A DNA stretch of 64,000 nt from Syncephalis fuscata S228 (Eukaryota > Fungi > Zoopagomycota). The translations under genes and the position numbers were made by a program. Position 1 is the stretch's first letter, and each line of letters begins with the position of its first letter. Location of the stretch: the NCBI GenBank assembly GCA_025786725.1, contig JAHLTZ010000025.1:248001-312000 (forward strand), in the 5' to 3' direction. The notes below the pieces were generated by a model. It was not told the origin of the DNA. It did not search any database and saw only the letters and a program-made list of their open reading frames with translations. Of the stretch, positions 13,148-30,051 are shown piece after piece.

Positions 13148-14774
13148 ATGGGACAAAGTATTTCAGTGCATGGCCAGTTGCCAGACACTAATAGAAAAAA
13201 GATACTATTGCGGCCACAGCTACGCCATAGACGGAGCTTGGCAACCACGAATATTGCCTCAGAGAAGCGAGTGATAAGGGCGAATTTTCGTCTCGGATCA
13301 GAGGATTCTAATAGGAGAGAGCGTAGTGCCAGTAGCGAGTTTGATAGTACTATGTCTATTGTGCCTATATCTGAGGAATCTACAAGTACAAGTACAACGA
13401 CAACGACAACGCCAACAATGTCACCGGCTAAATTAAGCCCACTAACTCGGTTGGCCCATCGAGTCATACTACGCTGTCGAGATAAATCATTTATAAACCA
13501 TATGATGGCAGTAATAGTAACAATATGAGTAGTAATAGCAATGGTAATAGTGTTAGTATAAGTAGTAAGAGTGGTGGCCAAGGCTATAGTTTGCATCAAA
13601 TTAGGCGTACACGGTCGATGAAAGTGCGATCCAATGCCCAAAAGACGCGGACGGATGCCAATATATATTCCGATGATCAATCAAGTAATACCAATATATT
13701 TAGATCGGTGCCGGCATCAATGCTTGACTATGAATCGGCTGAGCGGTAAGTAAGATGGTAGTAGATTTGGATGATAAATAATAGGATTGATAATAATTGT
13801 ATTAGAGCGGATTTAATGCATGAAATGGTTCATTATGTACAACGGCGTAATTTCATTGCCAATATCGATCAGCCAAAAAAAATACTCGATGTGGGCTGTG
13901 GTACTGGTCGTTGGGTCAAGTAATTGCTATTGCTATAAATATTAAAAACTATTATTAAATAGCTGTAATTTTATATAGGAAATGGCTCGTGATTTTCCTA
14001 AATCACGTATTACAGGATGTGAAATGTTACCCATATTCAGTACACAGGATATGCCTAAAAATGTTAAATTCGAACTAGGCAGCGTGTTACAAGGTAGTTA
14101 GCAAACAATTAAATAGACAGACTATATAGCTAAAAGTAAATCAATTTATTTAATTAGGACTGCCATTTCTAACTGGCTCCTTTGACTATGTACATATGCG
14201 TTTCTTTGGACTTGATGTACCGGCTGGTCGTTGGCCTTCGGTCATATCGGAACTATACCGGGTGTGCAAACCGGGCGGTATTATTGAAATATGCGAAACG
14301 GACGGTATTGTACGCCAACCAGCCCCAACATCCCACGTCGTTAACGGCTGGATGTCGGCCATGGCAGCAAGAAACGAAGTCGAACTCGGTTCTATTAGCA
14401 CCCTCGATGAGCCACTAAGTGATGTTGGGTTTATCGATATTGTACGTCGCGAGTTAAACTATCCACTGGGTGAATGGGCGGGTGCCGTCGGTACCATTCA
14501 GTATCGCGTGTATCGCAGTGTACTCGATTCGTGTCGCAGCCAAATTGTTTCTAACGGCAATTTGACCGACGAAGCATTAGACGAGATTCTAGAAGAGCAA
14601 ATGGATACACTCGAGCGATATCAATCACACGTTGTGCACTATGTATACACCGCACGGCGTCCCTCCGACGATATGTTAATGGAACATACCAGCAGCAATG
14701 GCAAGATACCCGGCCCAATGGGGGGCAGCAATAGCAATACGGGCATCAATATGGCCACCGGCCTTAAGTGGTAA
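13148..14774 (+). CDS. Class I SAM-dependent methyltransferase (LaeA/TAM-like) with disordered N-terminus; apparent 1-nt frame break near 13490
   Basis: ILDVGCGTGRWV, GLPFLTGSFDYVHMRF, SELYRVCKPGGIIEICE, PLGEWAGAVG; starts MGQSIS (myristoylation-like). Confidence 0.85.
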
Positions 14775-15059
14775 TCAATTATTATTGATTGCTATTTTTT
14801 GTATTATACCTATACCTACTACCACTATAGCAATAACCATAGCAGTATTGATACAAGTTTTCTGTATTCCTGTACTAATAGTTGTAACGGTTCCTTTTAA
14901 ATATCACCCTACTGACATCTCATCTATGGTGATAGCAATTTAAAGGATAGTTACGACAAAGAAATGCCAAAGATGATATCAATGGTCAAAGTGTGGATAG
15001 CCGATTCAATTTAACATTTAATGGAATTTGTTACTATATTTAACTATAAGTTAAATTAT

Positions 15060-15237
15060 TTTGCGTTCCCTATTTTGAGTCTTTAAAGTAAAACTCGTTC
15101 CAATTGAAATCATGCCGTTGGTATACACATCACAATTATATCGTTTCCTATTAAAATTCCGTTAGTAAATTGATTTAAATAAAATAATGTAACATACTAT
15201 TTGATTTCTTTGAAGCATTTGAGGCTAACTATTGTTG
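15060..15237 (-). mobile_element. Decayed copy of the Fanzor/TnpB-type element 3' end (shortest copy)
   Basis: Reverse complement aligns by eye with ~60966..61135 and 47720..47830 (e.g. AAAGAAATCAAATAGTATGTTACATT, ATTTAAATCAATTTA, TTCAATTGGAAC). Confidence 0.7.
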
Positions 15238-15438
15238 CATTAATATCTACATGCTATTACCATTCCATTTTAACTTTAATTTGATGCTCGTTAATTGGGT
15301 TAAATAGACTGCATCATCATATAAATATTGTGTGCTATTTAACATTATTATACAATCTAATTGAATATTAGTCATTTAGTATGATTTAAACAGAATTGCT
15401 ATAGCACTGCTTCAACAAAAGCATTGTGGTCTATTTAT

Positions 15439-18818
<3,380 letters not shown>

Positions 18819-19325
18819 ACTGAACAATAATAACAACAAGTCGTCTATACCACACTGCTAGACGCAATCAATCGATGATAATGAGGTTGTCTATATACAA
18901 CGCTATCTGTTATTGATGAAATACACTTAGAAAAAGCAAATTGATAAGCTGTTAGTTGGTTAGTTGGTCAGTTGGTGGTTGAGATAAAGTAAATACAACT
19001 GATGAAAGAAAACTCAATCAGTTAATCAGTTAATCAGTCAATGAATAAATGAGTAAAATGTATTAGTCACCACATCATTTAGCGGAGAGTGTTAAAAATA
19101 AATAGAAATAATGATGAAAAATGTCACTGAACATAGTCATAGTTTCAGGTGAAACAGTAAAAAATTAGACTGTTTTAAGCCGGTTTCTGATGTCATAAGA
19201 AATCACATCATTTTACCAATAATAGTGATAGTAACACACAGTAGTGTTAATACATTTATTAATATTTATTTAGTAGACTATATAATTACATAGTAAGTGA
19301 TCATTGCTAGTATGTACTATTATTG

Positions 19326-19695
19326 CTATTTTTGTCTTTGTGCTTCAATTTCCTCTGTACTTGGAAAAGTCGGATCCCAATAATCGGGAGGGCTGGAAGG
19401 TGGCGGTGATTGCTGGTCACGATGCCGTGATACCTTTTGTAACCGGGCTCGTCTTGCTGTTGAGCCTTGTTGATGCTTGCAGGCAGGCTGGTCTTTTTTA
19501 TTAAATGGCGAACCAAGCTCTTCAAATGGCATAATAGGTCCTACTGCTTTATGGAACTATTATGCATCAATTAACATTGTGTATGTATCAGTAGAATAAT
19601 ATAACTTACTTTATCGCAACTAACACATGTAGTGGCCGTTAAACTTTTACGGTCCTCTTTATTACGGACTACTTCTTTGTAGGCGTAGTTATTAC

Positions 19696-19743
<48 letters not shown>

Positions 19744-21461
19744 GTTCGCGTTGCTTTTTCTCGGCTTCATTAATAAGATGCGTTGCTCTGTAATATTAAT
19801 TCATTAGTTATACAATACTAAGTGTTGACTAATCACTCACTTTACAAATCCCTCTATGTTATCAGAGGGAGCGCGTTGCACTGCTGCCTTTTTATAATCC
19901 ACATAACTATGAATCATTCTACTGCTCTTTTGATTCAATAGTGGCATGCCTTGTTGGTTACGTGGAATAACTGCGCGACGCGGAGATCTTTTAGGCGATT
20001 GATTACTGCGCATTGCCGGCTTTATCACTTCTGATACACCATCAATAATAAGAATGACCGGATTTGGCTTTCTGGTAGGTGTGACGGCAGGTGGCGTTTG
20101 TTCTTTGCCAACTGGCGATACTTGAGCATCTACATCGATAGTACGAGATCGTTTGTTACTTTCTTTGCCCGTTTCACTAATAACTATTTCATCAATCTCA
20201 GCATCTAGTCCTGGTGTCTTGGTAGATGGTGTTGGAACCGTCTTTCGTTTACGTGGTGTTATATACTGATCACTTTGATCAAGTACTCGAGTGGATCGTT
20301 TTGGCGTGGTTACTGGAATAATCAATTGCTCATTATATATTATTTGTTGGCCTATTTGTTCATTATTTACAATTATATTCTGATGATTGTTTACAGCAGC
20401 TGTTGATGTTGTGGCAATATTAGCCGCCTTGTTAGATTCATCCACTATTTGCTGGCTTATAACATCAATAGCCATTTCCATAGATGAGGAATTATCAAAT
20501 GATATATCATAAATTGCCTCCTCTTTCCCATTTTCTTTTGATGTTTGTGATATTTGTTCTACAGATGGACAGGGCGGATGCGACGTCAACTGAGAACTTA
20601 GTAAATGATCACTGGTTCGTTTAGATGTTTTATGTTCTTTCTGTAGAGCGGTAAACCATTGACGCCAACGGTCCCACTCTTCATTTTTGCATCGATAACG
20701 TTTCTTAAGCTCATCTTTATCATGTTCTACACGCTTTGTCTTTCTTTTCTGCTTCTCCAAATCATGTCTTGCTTGTTCCAATGCTGTTTTATAGTGATGT
20801 TCTATTCGACGAACAATCTGTGCATCTTCCTTAGATAACCGATTTACAATTTGCTCGAATCTATTTATCGCTAATTAGTCGTAGTCTTGATCGGCAACAA
20901 AGCCATATTAATTACCTTTCGTGATCTGACAGTGAATTAATAACACTTTGGGATGCCATAGAATCGGCGGTGAATCGACTTAGCATGCTATTATTCTGAC
21001 CGGCCAAGTATTCAGCATGAGTGACACCTTGTTGAATTTCAAGTGTATAAATCTTCTCCTGAGCCTCCTTTAAATTATTTTCTAATAAACTATGTTCAGT
21101 GCGATATCGATCTTGATTGTCACCGAGTTCAGCTCGTAACTGTCGACATTCCTCCATGGCTGATTGTAGTTGTTGTTCTGTCGTTTGTTGTAATTGCCGT
21201 GTTTTTTCTAGTTTTGTTTGCCATTGTCGTGTTTGTTCTGCCAATAGTCTATCGTCAGTAACGATCTTAGTAAGCATGTACAATATAGTTACCATCGAGT
21301 TCATATTCGTGTGTGTGACCAAGTGTAGTTAGTAATTGCTGAAATGTACTTTGATTTCGCTCAAAGCTAATAATTGTTTTGTCTCTGCGACTTGGTTGAT
21401 TTAGCTGTGGCTCTGCATTTGCTAACAAGGTTCCAGCAACAAATTCGTCGAAAGATGCCAT
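19326..21461 (-). CDS. SAE2: DNA endonuclease/resection factor Sae2/Ctp1/CtIP
   Basis: N-terminal coiled coil; C-terminal YKEVVRNKEDRKSL, TCVSCDKF (CxxC), VSRHR, SPPDYWDPTFP are the CtIP/Ctp1 C-terminal signature. Confidence 0.88.
19697..19741. repeat. (ATT)n microsatellite encoding poly-Asn in SAE2/CtIP
   Basis: Perfect trinucleotide run inside a minus-strand exon, just upstream of YKEVVR. Confidence 0.9.
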
Positions 21462-21950
21462 AATGGAGACAATAACAAATAGAAAGTTTATGATGGTGAA
21501 TGTATAGAGACTAAGTAAAATTAACACAAAATTATCTTTTTAATATAAAAATACAGAAATGATAGCCAAGTCACAATGCGTCACACGTTCACCATTATTA
21601 TCACTATGAGCACGTTATAAGCCATTGTATAACACTTGTATTGTGACACCTATTGTATTCGTCTAATTAATTATAGTCATATTTGAGTTTACAATCATTA
21701 TGATTGAGTGTTTGTCATAGCACGTTAGAGTGCAAGTCTAAAGGTTGCGACAAAAGATAAACCGAATATAAAATGATATTGACAATAGGCCATATTATTT
21801 TGAATTAGAAATGACATAGAACAACAAGGATGATAAGTAACAAGTTGTCTATCGTTATGCTACATGAAAAATAGAATGCGGTGAACAGATTGTGATAGAA
21901 ATGAATAAAGAAAAAAGACAGAGACAGAGTGTGTGTGTGTGCATGTTTGA

Positions 21951-23513
21951 TTATGGCCGTCTACCAGTAAAGCAGTAGATTTCCATGTAAGTTTGTCGTC
22001 GTTCTGTTTCTTCCAAAAAGCTATCTATCAATGCTTCGTACTGTGTATGATCGATAGAGTCACCGGCAAGTCGCACCACATCGTCGGCCAAGGAGCGCAT
22101 TAGCATTTCAGTAACACGCCGCATCAATGTGCCGGGTGCACCGCCCCAGTCACCGACAGGTAACGAAACGATACGTTGTCGTACATCGGTGAAGCCGGCC
22201 GCGCTTAACTCGTTGCCTATGCCGTGGATACTGTCGGCCGTTGCGCCATGTTCGGCAAATACCATGTTAATAAGATTGTCAAGACGTTCGCCACATGGCC
22301 CACGGCTTTGTAGACAACGATAGAGTTCAACAATTTCTATCCAGCCGTTGGATCGGCAAACTCGGAAGAGTTCGCGATAGTCGGGTATATGGCTACTATG
22401 TTGCATGTAAGAATAGGACACGCGATAATGTAGGTAGTCAAAGCTATTATCGGGAATGGAAGGCCGTGAGCTGGATTAGTAAATTGAAAAAATGCATTTT
22501 TAGGCATGTTATTCCACTTGACTAGATCAAGTACATCAACACCAACTACACGAGTTTTAGCAAATGCAGTGGCCATTTCCTATAAAAGTATAAAAGTGCA
22601 GTAATAATAAAGTAATAATAAAGTGATAATAACAATAATGTTAATACTTGTTTGTAATATAAGGGATTTATATTTGGCTTACCCGCACCCAGATACCGCT
22701 ACCGCTACCAATATCAAGAATAGCTCGTGGTTTGTGAAGTGGCACGAGATAGTTTCGCTTAAGTATATAATGTAGAATACCGTGGAATAAGTCCATTCTA
22801 AATAAAATAGAATTGGTTAGACTTGCTTGACTAATCGTTATCAAATGACCTTTCTACAGCGTAGTCATCAGCACGACTTGATTTTGCCCATTTCTGGAGT
22901 TCCGTGGATGGTCCAGTGGCATTGTTGCTTGTAGATGGGTGGTTTTATTGGTAAAAGAAAATCCAGCTGATTTTTGTTGTGGTGACTGTTGTAGTCGTGC
23001 CGCAGCACTTGTCTGGAAATAAAGAGCGAGTGGGCCGGTTGGAAATCCACGGCGCTGAGCTGGATGAGGTCGACCCGAATTGCTGCTGTTATAGCTGCGA
23101 TTGCTGCCTCCGCTATTAGGCGAGCGTACGGTCATATTAGTAATGCCACGACCATAAGTACTGCAGCCGGCTAGACTTTTAGGCAGTTCTGGTATGTCGC
23201 TACCACGTCTAGCGTACGGATAAGCATCGGCAGTTTCGGATGGTTGAGTGGCACTGGACGGCAAATGACGTGTGGTGCACTGCGAAGACGACGAAGACGA
23301 CGACACCGACGACGACGGTGGTGGCAATCGAGAGTCTTGACTAATACAGTTTCGTTCAAGAAGTGGCTCGGCCGGTAGAGCTGGTTCATTGCAGGTAGAC
23401 AGTTCGGGATAATAGTCTGAATGGACAGGCGCTGCATTGTCATGAAAATCGCCAACAGTATGCCGACGTTTAACGCGAGGATATTTGCATGGTTTTGGAT
23501 AGGCTTGTCCCAT
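21951..23513 (-). CDS. Class I SAM-dependent methyltransferase (LaeA/TAM-like), paralogue of 13148..14774; apparent frame break near 22453
   Basis: ILDIGSGSGIWV, GLPF(P)DNSFDYLHYR, RELFRVCRSNGWIEIVE, LPVGDWGGAPG; starts MGQAYP. Confidence 0.82.
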
Positions 23514-26039
23514 GACTATTTAAATAAAAAATAATGTTGGTGTTATTATTATTATTATTATCGTATATATATATCGGTATTTATTATATTCACCTAATGG
23601 TACTTGGCAGTTAGTGAACGCCACAGTGGGCGTGCACCATCAAATGGCCCCACCGAACTGCGTTTAGGGCGCTGGTAAGGCTACGCCGTTACTTTAAAAC
23701 AATATAGAATGGCGATAATTAATAGGCTAGCAACACAAATCTATACAAATGTTAGCTAGTCACGACAATAGTGGTTTCATTCAATAATTAGAATGATGTG
23801 GCAGATAGATAGTGCGATAAAATGGATAGACGAGACTGTGGACAACTAATAGAATAAACAAATTCTACACCCGACTATATTAGAATACGATCAAAAACAC
23901 TTATAAGATATTAATACGCTAAATGAAGCAATTATGGTCTTATAATGGTTATTAAATAATTGATAACTAAATAGGGGCACAAAGTTTAAAGATTAGTAGT
24001 AGATAAATAGAGAGACACACACACGCACACGCATACACAAATCAAATAAGAAAACGGCAGTCACCAGACAAGGCCGGCGAAATGAACCAAAAACAAATAG
24101 AGAAAAGATACAACAGCGGAATCAAAAGTGTGATATAGCACCAAATTATACGTGAATGAACAAGTACCGCTACAACAATATTTTGATTCTTTCCTTATTA
24201 CCATTGATGGTAATGCGGAATAAATGGATGAAGCGGTGGATAAGGATGAGTGTCTAGACACGCCCTTGTATATTGTATGTATGAGAACAAGGATGACTTG
24301 AAGTGGATGGCATGCATCAGACATTAACAACACCTGTACATATGCACATGCACCTGCACTGCAAGGATTAACGAATAACCAGTACGTCTATCATATGTGC
24401 AACCATAGGTGGCCCTACAAAGGCTGTAATTGATGCTGTACAACAACGGTAGTTTCTATATTGCATTACCGGACAAATATTCACTAAACATCAAGATTGT
24501 AGATAGGCGGGGACATGCCAGTATTTTCTCTTCAATGAGTTGGCATTAGAATAGGCCGTAGTCAACCATGCCTAATTAATTTTAAGGCATTGTGTTAAAC
24601 CCAGCTAACGTGCGGATAAATTACTCATGGACCGGCCCCGCATATGCAAATCTGCTACTGTGTTGTTAATAGATGTGCCATGCCTATACTCCCACGCAAC
24701 CATTAGCAAGTGGTAGTAGCGGTGCTAGCGGTGTAGCTGCATATGTACACGTGCTTGCGTATGCTTTCGGTGAATTGCGGAAAGTCTTAGTGGTCTGCTG
24801 CAACTGCAACTACTAGGACGGTAGCATGAGTTGTGCTGCAAAATAGATATTTTACACCATACACCTTGTAAATAAAGCCGGTTAAATTAAGCATGTTTAA
24901 TATAAAGCAACTCCATGCCTGTTACCATGCAATAACACCGTGGTACTGGCCGCGGTAAGACCATCCTGACAGTTTCATGGGTGTATGGTAGATAGGTAGG
25001 TAGGTAGTGTGCATTAAATTGACCCGACATGCAGCATTTGGTAAGTAGCTTGTATCTATGTTTATCTGCATGTGCTACGACTGCAGCATTGACCACTTGG
25101 CCCATAATCCGATGTTTTAATATATTCCCATGATAAATAAGCATTGCAGCTGCGCCATCATTGCCATGACATATAGGAAGACGCAGCTGCAGCAAGACAA
25201 AGGCCAACACTTTACCTGAACCGGCATATTATTGATAGCTATAATTAGCATTATGGCACACTAGAGATGACTGTCGTTATTTTATTATTTAGAAAACACA
25301 ATGAAGCAAATTAAGCCTTGGCCATTGTTAAACGTGCGCTGTAAAATAAAATATACATTGATTATTAATCCTCTTTTTTTAATAAAAGCCGACTATTATT
25401 AATAAAGATGTGTATTAATGTAATAGTTTTTATTGTTAAAAAGCAAAAATAATAATAGTAAATATTCATAATTACTACTAATTGCTATTACCATATTTAT
25501 TAATTGTAATCATTCAATCTTTCTATGCAAAATTGTAATTTACGCACTTTGTGCTACGTTCCAAACATTATATTTTACTTACGTAGAAAACATCTATATA
25601 GTTGATTAACCACTATTCACAGTAAAGATGAAACAGTACATGCTAATTCTTTTCTACATATTTGTATATGTAAATTTGTTAGACTTATTATATTTTTACA
25701 ATAATATTATACGATATTACATTAATCAACCATTAGCCGATACATCCATGATGTTCCATTACACTAGTGACTAATTCTTTTACAATTTATATCACGTGAT
25801 CAAACCACCGATTTCTCCCGAAATGTACCAATATGACTCAAGTGGAGATGGAACAAAAACTCCGTTGGAAAAACGCTATATTTTTCTTTATAACGCAAAT
25901 TTCTTACGTATTTCTTTTGATAGTGGACGTATTGTTGATTTAAACGTTTTATTGCATAATTGCCGTTGGTCACTTGCATTTTCGCTGCATTTTCGTCCGA
26001 TCTTTGCGCCTACATACATATCGGGGATCATTTACCGAC

Positions 26040-29000
26040 ATGTATCGTGCAACTTCTCAAACACTCGGAAATCTAGCGCGTTACGCGCCAGCACGACAAT
26101 TTACACCAGCTGCTAAACAACAGCCCACTTTATTACAACATGTACAGACATGGCGGGCCGGCACCCAATCAACGGTCGTAGCCAACGGTAATAGCGCAAA
26201 CGATGGCCGCGATTACTCTAAATCGTATATGATCGCACCTGGCTATGGTCGCGATCAACGCTGGAAAGACTCTTCCTTTCACAGTGGTAAATCTGATCTT
26301 AATGGAGGCCGCGTTACTACGCTGCTACCTTCTGTAGCCATGCAGCTTGGTTCACGCGGCATGCAGCAGCAGCAACAGCGACGCACATTGACCGGTGCGG
26401 CCACCAACACTGCACTCGAGGGACAGGATGGTCAGCGTGATACGGCATCATTCAACGAACGCATTAAATCGTTGAAACGTGAATCCAATCTACTTGGTGT
26501 TGTGCGTGAATTCTCCCTAATGAAAAGTCTAGGTGTAGCACGCAATCTATTTACGTACAATTTGGTACTTGATGCATTTTCTGATCTGCGTCAAAAAAAG
26601 TCATCTGTCCGGCCAATGATGGATGTTTTTGATGAGCTGCTTAAAGAACCGTTTATTCAGCCTAGCAGCTATACCTACCGCGTAATTATCCGCGCACTAT
26701 GCATTCGTGATCTAGAGGTATGCAAGCAACGAACACAGTTGGAAACACGTATGCAATGGATTAAAGACGAGGGAGAAGAAGCGCGAATGGCTGCATTGGC
26801 TGCTGAAAATAACTTTAAGCAGGCTATGATGCTATTCGACCAAGCACGTACCGAATTTTCAGAACCTTTTGATTTAAATGCGTTGGATTTACTTCTATGG
26901 GCAGCCGCAGAAAATGCCGATACTGATGCATCACTACGTGTATTTGAAGCAATTGAGTCTTCATCTTCAATGGTGCCAACCTTTCAAACGTACGGTGCTC
27001 TTATTACTTCATTTGGTCGTGCTGGTGATATTGAAGCAGCTCGTGAATGCTTTCAAGTATTTTTAGAACAACGTCCGCAATTATTACTTTATGGCGCTCA
27101 TAAATCAACTCATGAACTTGTTCCATTCAACAGCATGGTATCTGCATTGGCCCGTTGCAATGAGATAGATGCAGCAGCCCGTCTGGTTGAAACAGAGATG
27201 GAAAGCTATGGTGCAAAGCCAGACGAGATTACCTACAACTCGTTAATAAGTGGATTTGCACAAGCTGGCAATCTAGAAGCAGCTGAACGTATATTCAAAA
27301 AGCTTAATGCTGATCCAGCACTTCCAAATGCAGGTCCATTATCGTACAATGTCATCATATCAGCAGCATGTAAACAAGATAAGACTGATGTTGCCTATCA
27401 ATACTTTAACATGATGAAAAGCCAAGAAATACCATTACGCTATGGCAATCTAATGTCCTATTTGGAACTGTGTGTACGGCAAGACAATGTTATGGAAGCC
27501 ATTGATGTTATTGTATTGATGGAACGTAACAAGGACTCGCCTGACGTACATTTCCGCCAACTAATACGATCATTATTGGAGAAGCAAACTATTTGTATTG
27601 AAGATAAAGTGCAACTATTAAAACGCTTTATTGAATCGCCATTAGATTACGGAGATCGGCATATTATGCTTCGTGATTTGACTGTATGTTTTATCGATGC
27701 ACATCCAGATAATTTTTCTGAACACATTGCCATATTACGACTATTGCATACGGCATCGCTTCGCTTAAAGACACGTCTTGCCGAGTCATATATGCGATCA
27801 TATCGTGCATATCGTAGTAGTCACGATATTACAGAAGTAGCACGCATTATGAGCCAGCGCGATTATGTTATTTTAATTGCATCATGGTTCGATAGAATGC
27901 AATTCAATACCAATCTTGAACAGCTACTAAACGATATCATTGAGCTAATGCGCGATATGAAGGCATGTAACTATCAAATAGATACTATCTTCTTCATCAA
28001 AATGGCCAAACGATTTGAGAATGCCGATCCAGAGGCATTAGCTCGTTGGACCAAAGCAGTAGCCGATATTTTTGGCGAGGATACAGTTAAATCGGCAATG
28101 TCACTTAATGGAAAGGTCCAGCAAGATGGCCGATCAACATTGCCAAAAATAGCTGGCCAGGACAACAAAGAAGTATGGAGCTTGTGCAACAAACTACGGG
28201 CTATTGCACGTATACCGGCCAGAATTGATGAAACAATGGTAAATGTGAATCAATTACTAAGATTAAACGTTATTATGCCACCAGATATTACACGCCATGT
28301 AATACAAGGCTATGCAAGTGCAGGAAAATTTGCTGAACTAAATCAGCTTATACCTCAAATACTTGCTACATACGATATAATCGACAATATACCGGAGCGT
28401 AACTCACTTCGACAACAAACTTTATCTGCAGCTATTTTGGCATATTCTAAAAATCAAGATGCTGCAGCAGCATGGGGTATTTACGACATCATACGCGCCG
28501 ATGGACATACTCCATCGCGCACTGCTTATAGTGAACTACTCCGTCTTTACAAAGGAGAAGACGACTTGGAGGAAGGTATGCGCATGTACGAGGAAATGGT
28601 TACAGTTCCTAGTGCCTATTTTGCCAATATTCTTCTTGGTAAAGTTATTCGTAAAAAAGGGTTTGCAGCAGCTGCAGAACTATTTGAAGAGATGCGCAAA
28701 CGTGATTTACAACCAACATCTGTTACGTATGGTACATTGATTAGTGCAGCATGCAAAGAAGATAATGAAGAAGCGGCAATACGCTATTTCAAAGAACTCT
28801 GTTTACGTCCAGAAAAAGAGAATAATCCAGCACCATTCCACGTTATGATGCAATATGCTTTGTCACGTAATGATCGTGCCTCAGTACTTCGTTACTTAAC
28901 GTCAATGCGCCGTCATTTAATCACGCCAGTGCCACACACCTACCGACTATTGATCGAATCGTATGTATACGTCGAGCCACGGGATATGTCACTGGCTGAA

Positions 29001-29345
29001 CAGTCATTACGCGATATGCTTAAAGCGAACCTACGTCCTACAGGTGCGCATTTTGCACCGCTATTCCATGGCTATGCCGATGAAGGCCGTATGGATCGTA
29101 TTGAATGGACATGGGAGGAAATGAAACTACAACCGCACTTGCCTGATGAAATTGCTTACTTGGCCGCCATTGCTGCAGCCGAGAAATGCAGCCATCAAGC
29201 ATTTGCGCAAAAACTACGTGATGAAATGTTTGCCTCTAATACGACGACTGCAGACCAGAAAAGCCAGCACCAGTCATCATCGCTAGCATCATCATCATCA
29301 TCATCATCATCAATGCCACGACCCCAGTTACAGCCACAGCAATAA
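26040..29345 (+). CDS. Large intronless pentatricopeptide repeat (PPR) protein, probably mitochondrial
   Basis: Many PPR motifs (FTYNLVLDAF, TYGALITSFGRAGDIEAARECF, ITYNSLISGFAQAGNLEAAERIF, VTYGTLISAACKE); first ATG at 26040 gives a presequence-like N-terminus. Confidence 0.93.
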   Translation: MYRATSQTLGNLARYAPARQFTPAAKQQPTLLQHVQTWRAGTQSTVVANGNSANDGRDYSKSYMIAPGYGRDQRWKDSSFHSGKSDLNGGRVTTLLPSVAMQLGSRGMQQQQQRRTLTGAATNTALEGQDGQRDTASFNERIKSLKRESNLLGVVREFSLMKSLGVARNLFTYNLVLDAFSDLRQKKSSVRPMMDVFDELLKEPFIQPSSYTYRVIIRALCIRDLEVCKQRTQLETRMQWIKDEGEEARMAALAAENNFKQAMMLFDQARTEFSEPFDLNALDLLLWAAAENADTDASLRVFEAIESSSSMVPTFQTYGALITSFGRAGDIEAARECFQVFLEQRPQLLLYGAHKSTHELVPFNSMVSALARCNEIDAAARLVETEMESYGAKPDEITYNSLISGFAQAGNLEAAERIFKKLNADPALPNAGPLSYNVIISAACKQDKTDVAYQYFNMMKSQEIPLRYGNLMSYLELCVRQDNVMEAIDVIVLMERNKDSPDVHFRQLIRSLLEKQTICIEDKVQLLKRFIESPLDYGDRHIMLRDLTVCFIDAHPDNFSEHIAILRLLHTASLRLKTRLAESYMRSYRAYRSSHDITEVARIMSQRDYVILIASWFDRMQFNTNLEQLLNDIIELMRDMKACNYQIDTIFFIKMAKRFENADPEALARWTKAVADIFGEDTVKSAMSLNGKVQQDGRSTLPKIAGQDNKEVWSLCNKLRAIARIPARIDETMVNVNQLLRLNVIMPPDITRHVIQGYASAGKFAELNQLIPQILATYDIIDNIPERNSLRQQTLSAAILAYSKNQDAAAAWGIYDIIRADGHTPSRTAYSELLRLYKGEDDLEEGMRMYEEMVTVPSAYFANILLGKVIRKKGFAAAAELFEEMRKRDLQPTSVTYGTLISAACKEDNEEAAIRYFKELCLRPEKENNPAPFHVMMQYALSRNDRASVLRYLTSMRRHLITPVPHTYRLLIESYVYVEPRDMSLAEQSLRDMLKANLRPTGAHFAPLFHGYADEGRMDRIEWTWEEMKLQPHLPDEIAYLAAIAAAEKCSHQAFAQKLRDEMFASNTTTADQKSQHQSSSLASSSSSSSSMPRPQLQPQQ

Positions 29346-30051
29346 CGCACCGAATGCATTCTATCCGGCGATTAGATACCAACTTGCTTATGTCTGATAT
29401 ATTCTTTATTTTAAAATAAATTTAATAATTGGTTATAATAATGTGCAATTGATATGTTAAATATTAGTTAATTATTTAAATATACAGTATACAAATTATG
29501 GTTATATTATTTCCTTATTATATATATTAGATTTATAGCACTTTTTTATTATGCTACATTACTATAGATAGCATATTGTTTAATAGTATGTTTTAGTTTA
29601 CTTTATTAATTTATAATACTATATTATGCTTGAATTAGTATATTTTAAATTTATAATACTAGATTAAAACTCAACAAATCTTTTTAGTCTTTATTAAACG
29701 TTTTTAATCTATTAAATTGCTATAAATAATGGGTTATATATATTTTTTCATTTATAACTTGTTGTTACTATTGTTGTTACTAATACTATTAATATTGTTG
29801 TTGTTATTTGCTATTATGTTTGCTATAAAATATATGAATTAAATTTTATAGTGTTCCGATCCATCCCGATAAAAGTTGTTGTTTTTTTTGCTTTTTTTCC
29901 ACGAAACGTCTACGTATACCTTCTCGTTTTGTTCTTATTATTGATTACGACGATTGCAATAGTTACTCTCTTTCTTTTGTTGTTGTGTTACTACCAACAA
30001 GTAGACTGTTAGTTTCTGTTAATTGGACCAATCAGAACATAACGATACAGT

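Noticed and set aside
13087-13680. 197-aa minus-strand ORF
   Set aside because: Antisense shadow of the low-complexity methyltransferase N-terminus.
23520-26030. Short ORFs in the 2.5-kb divergent intergenic region
   Set aside because: No motifs, non-ATG starts or no coherent splice structure; treated as promoter/UTR sequence.
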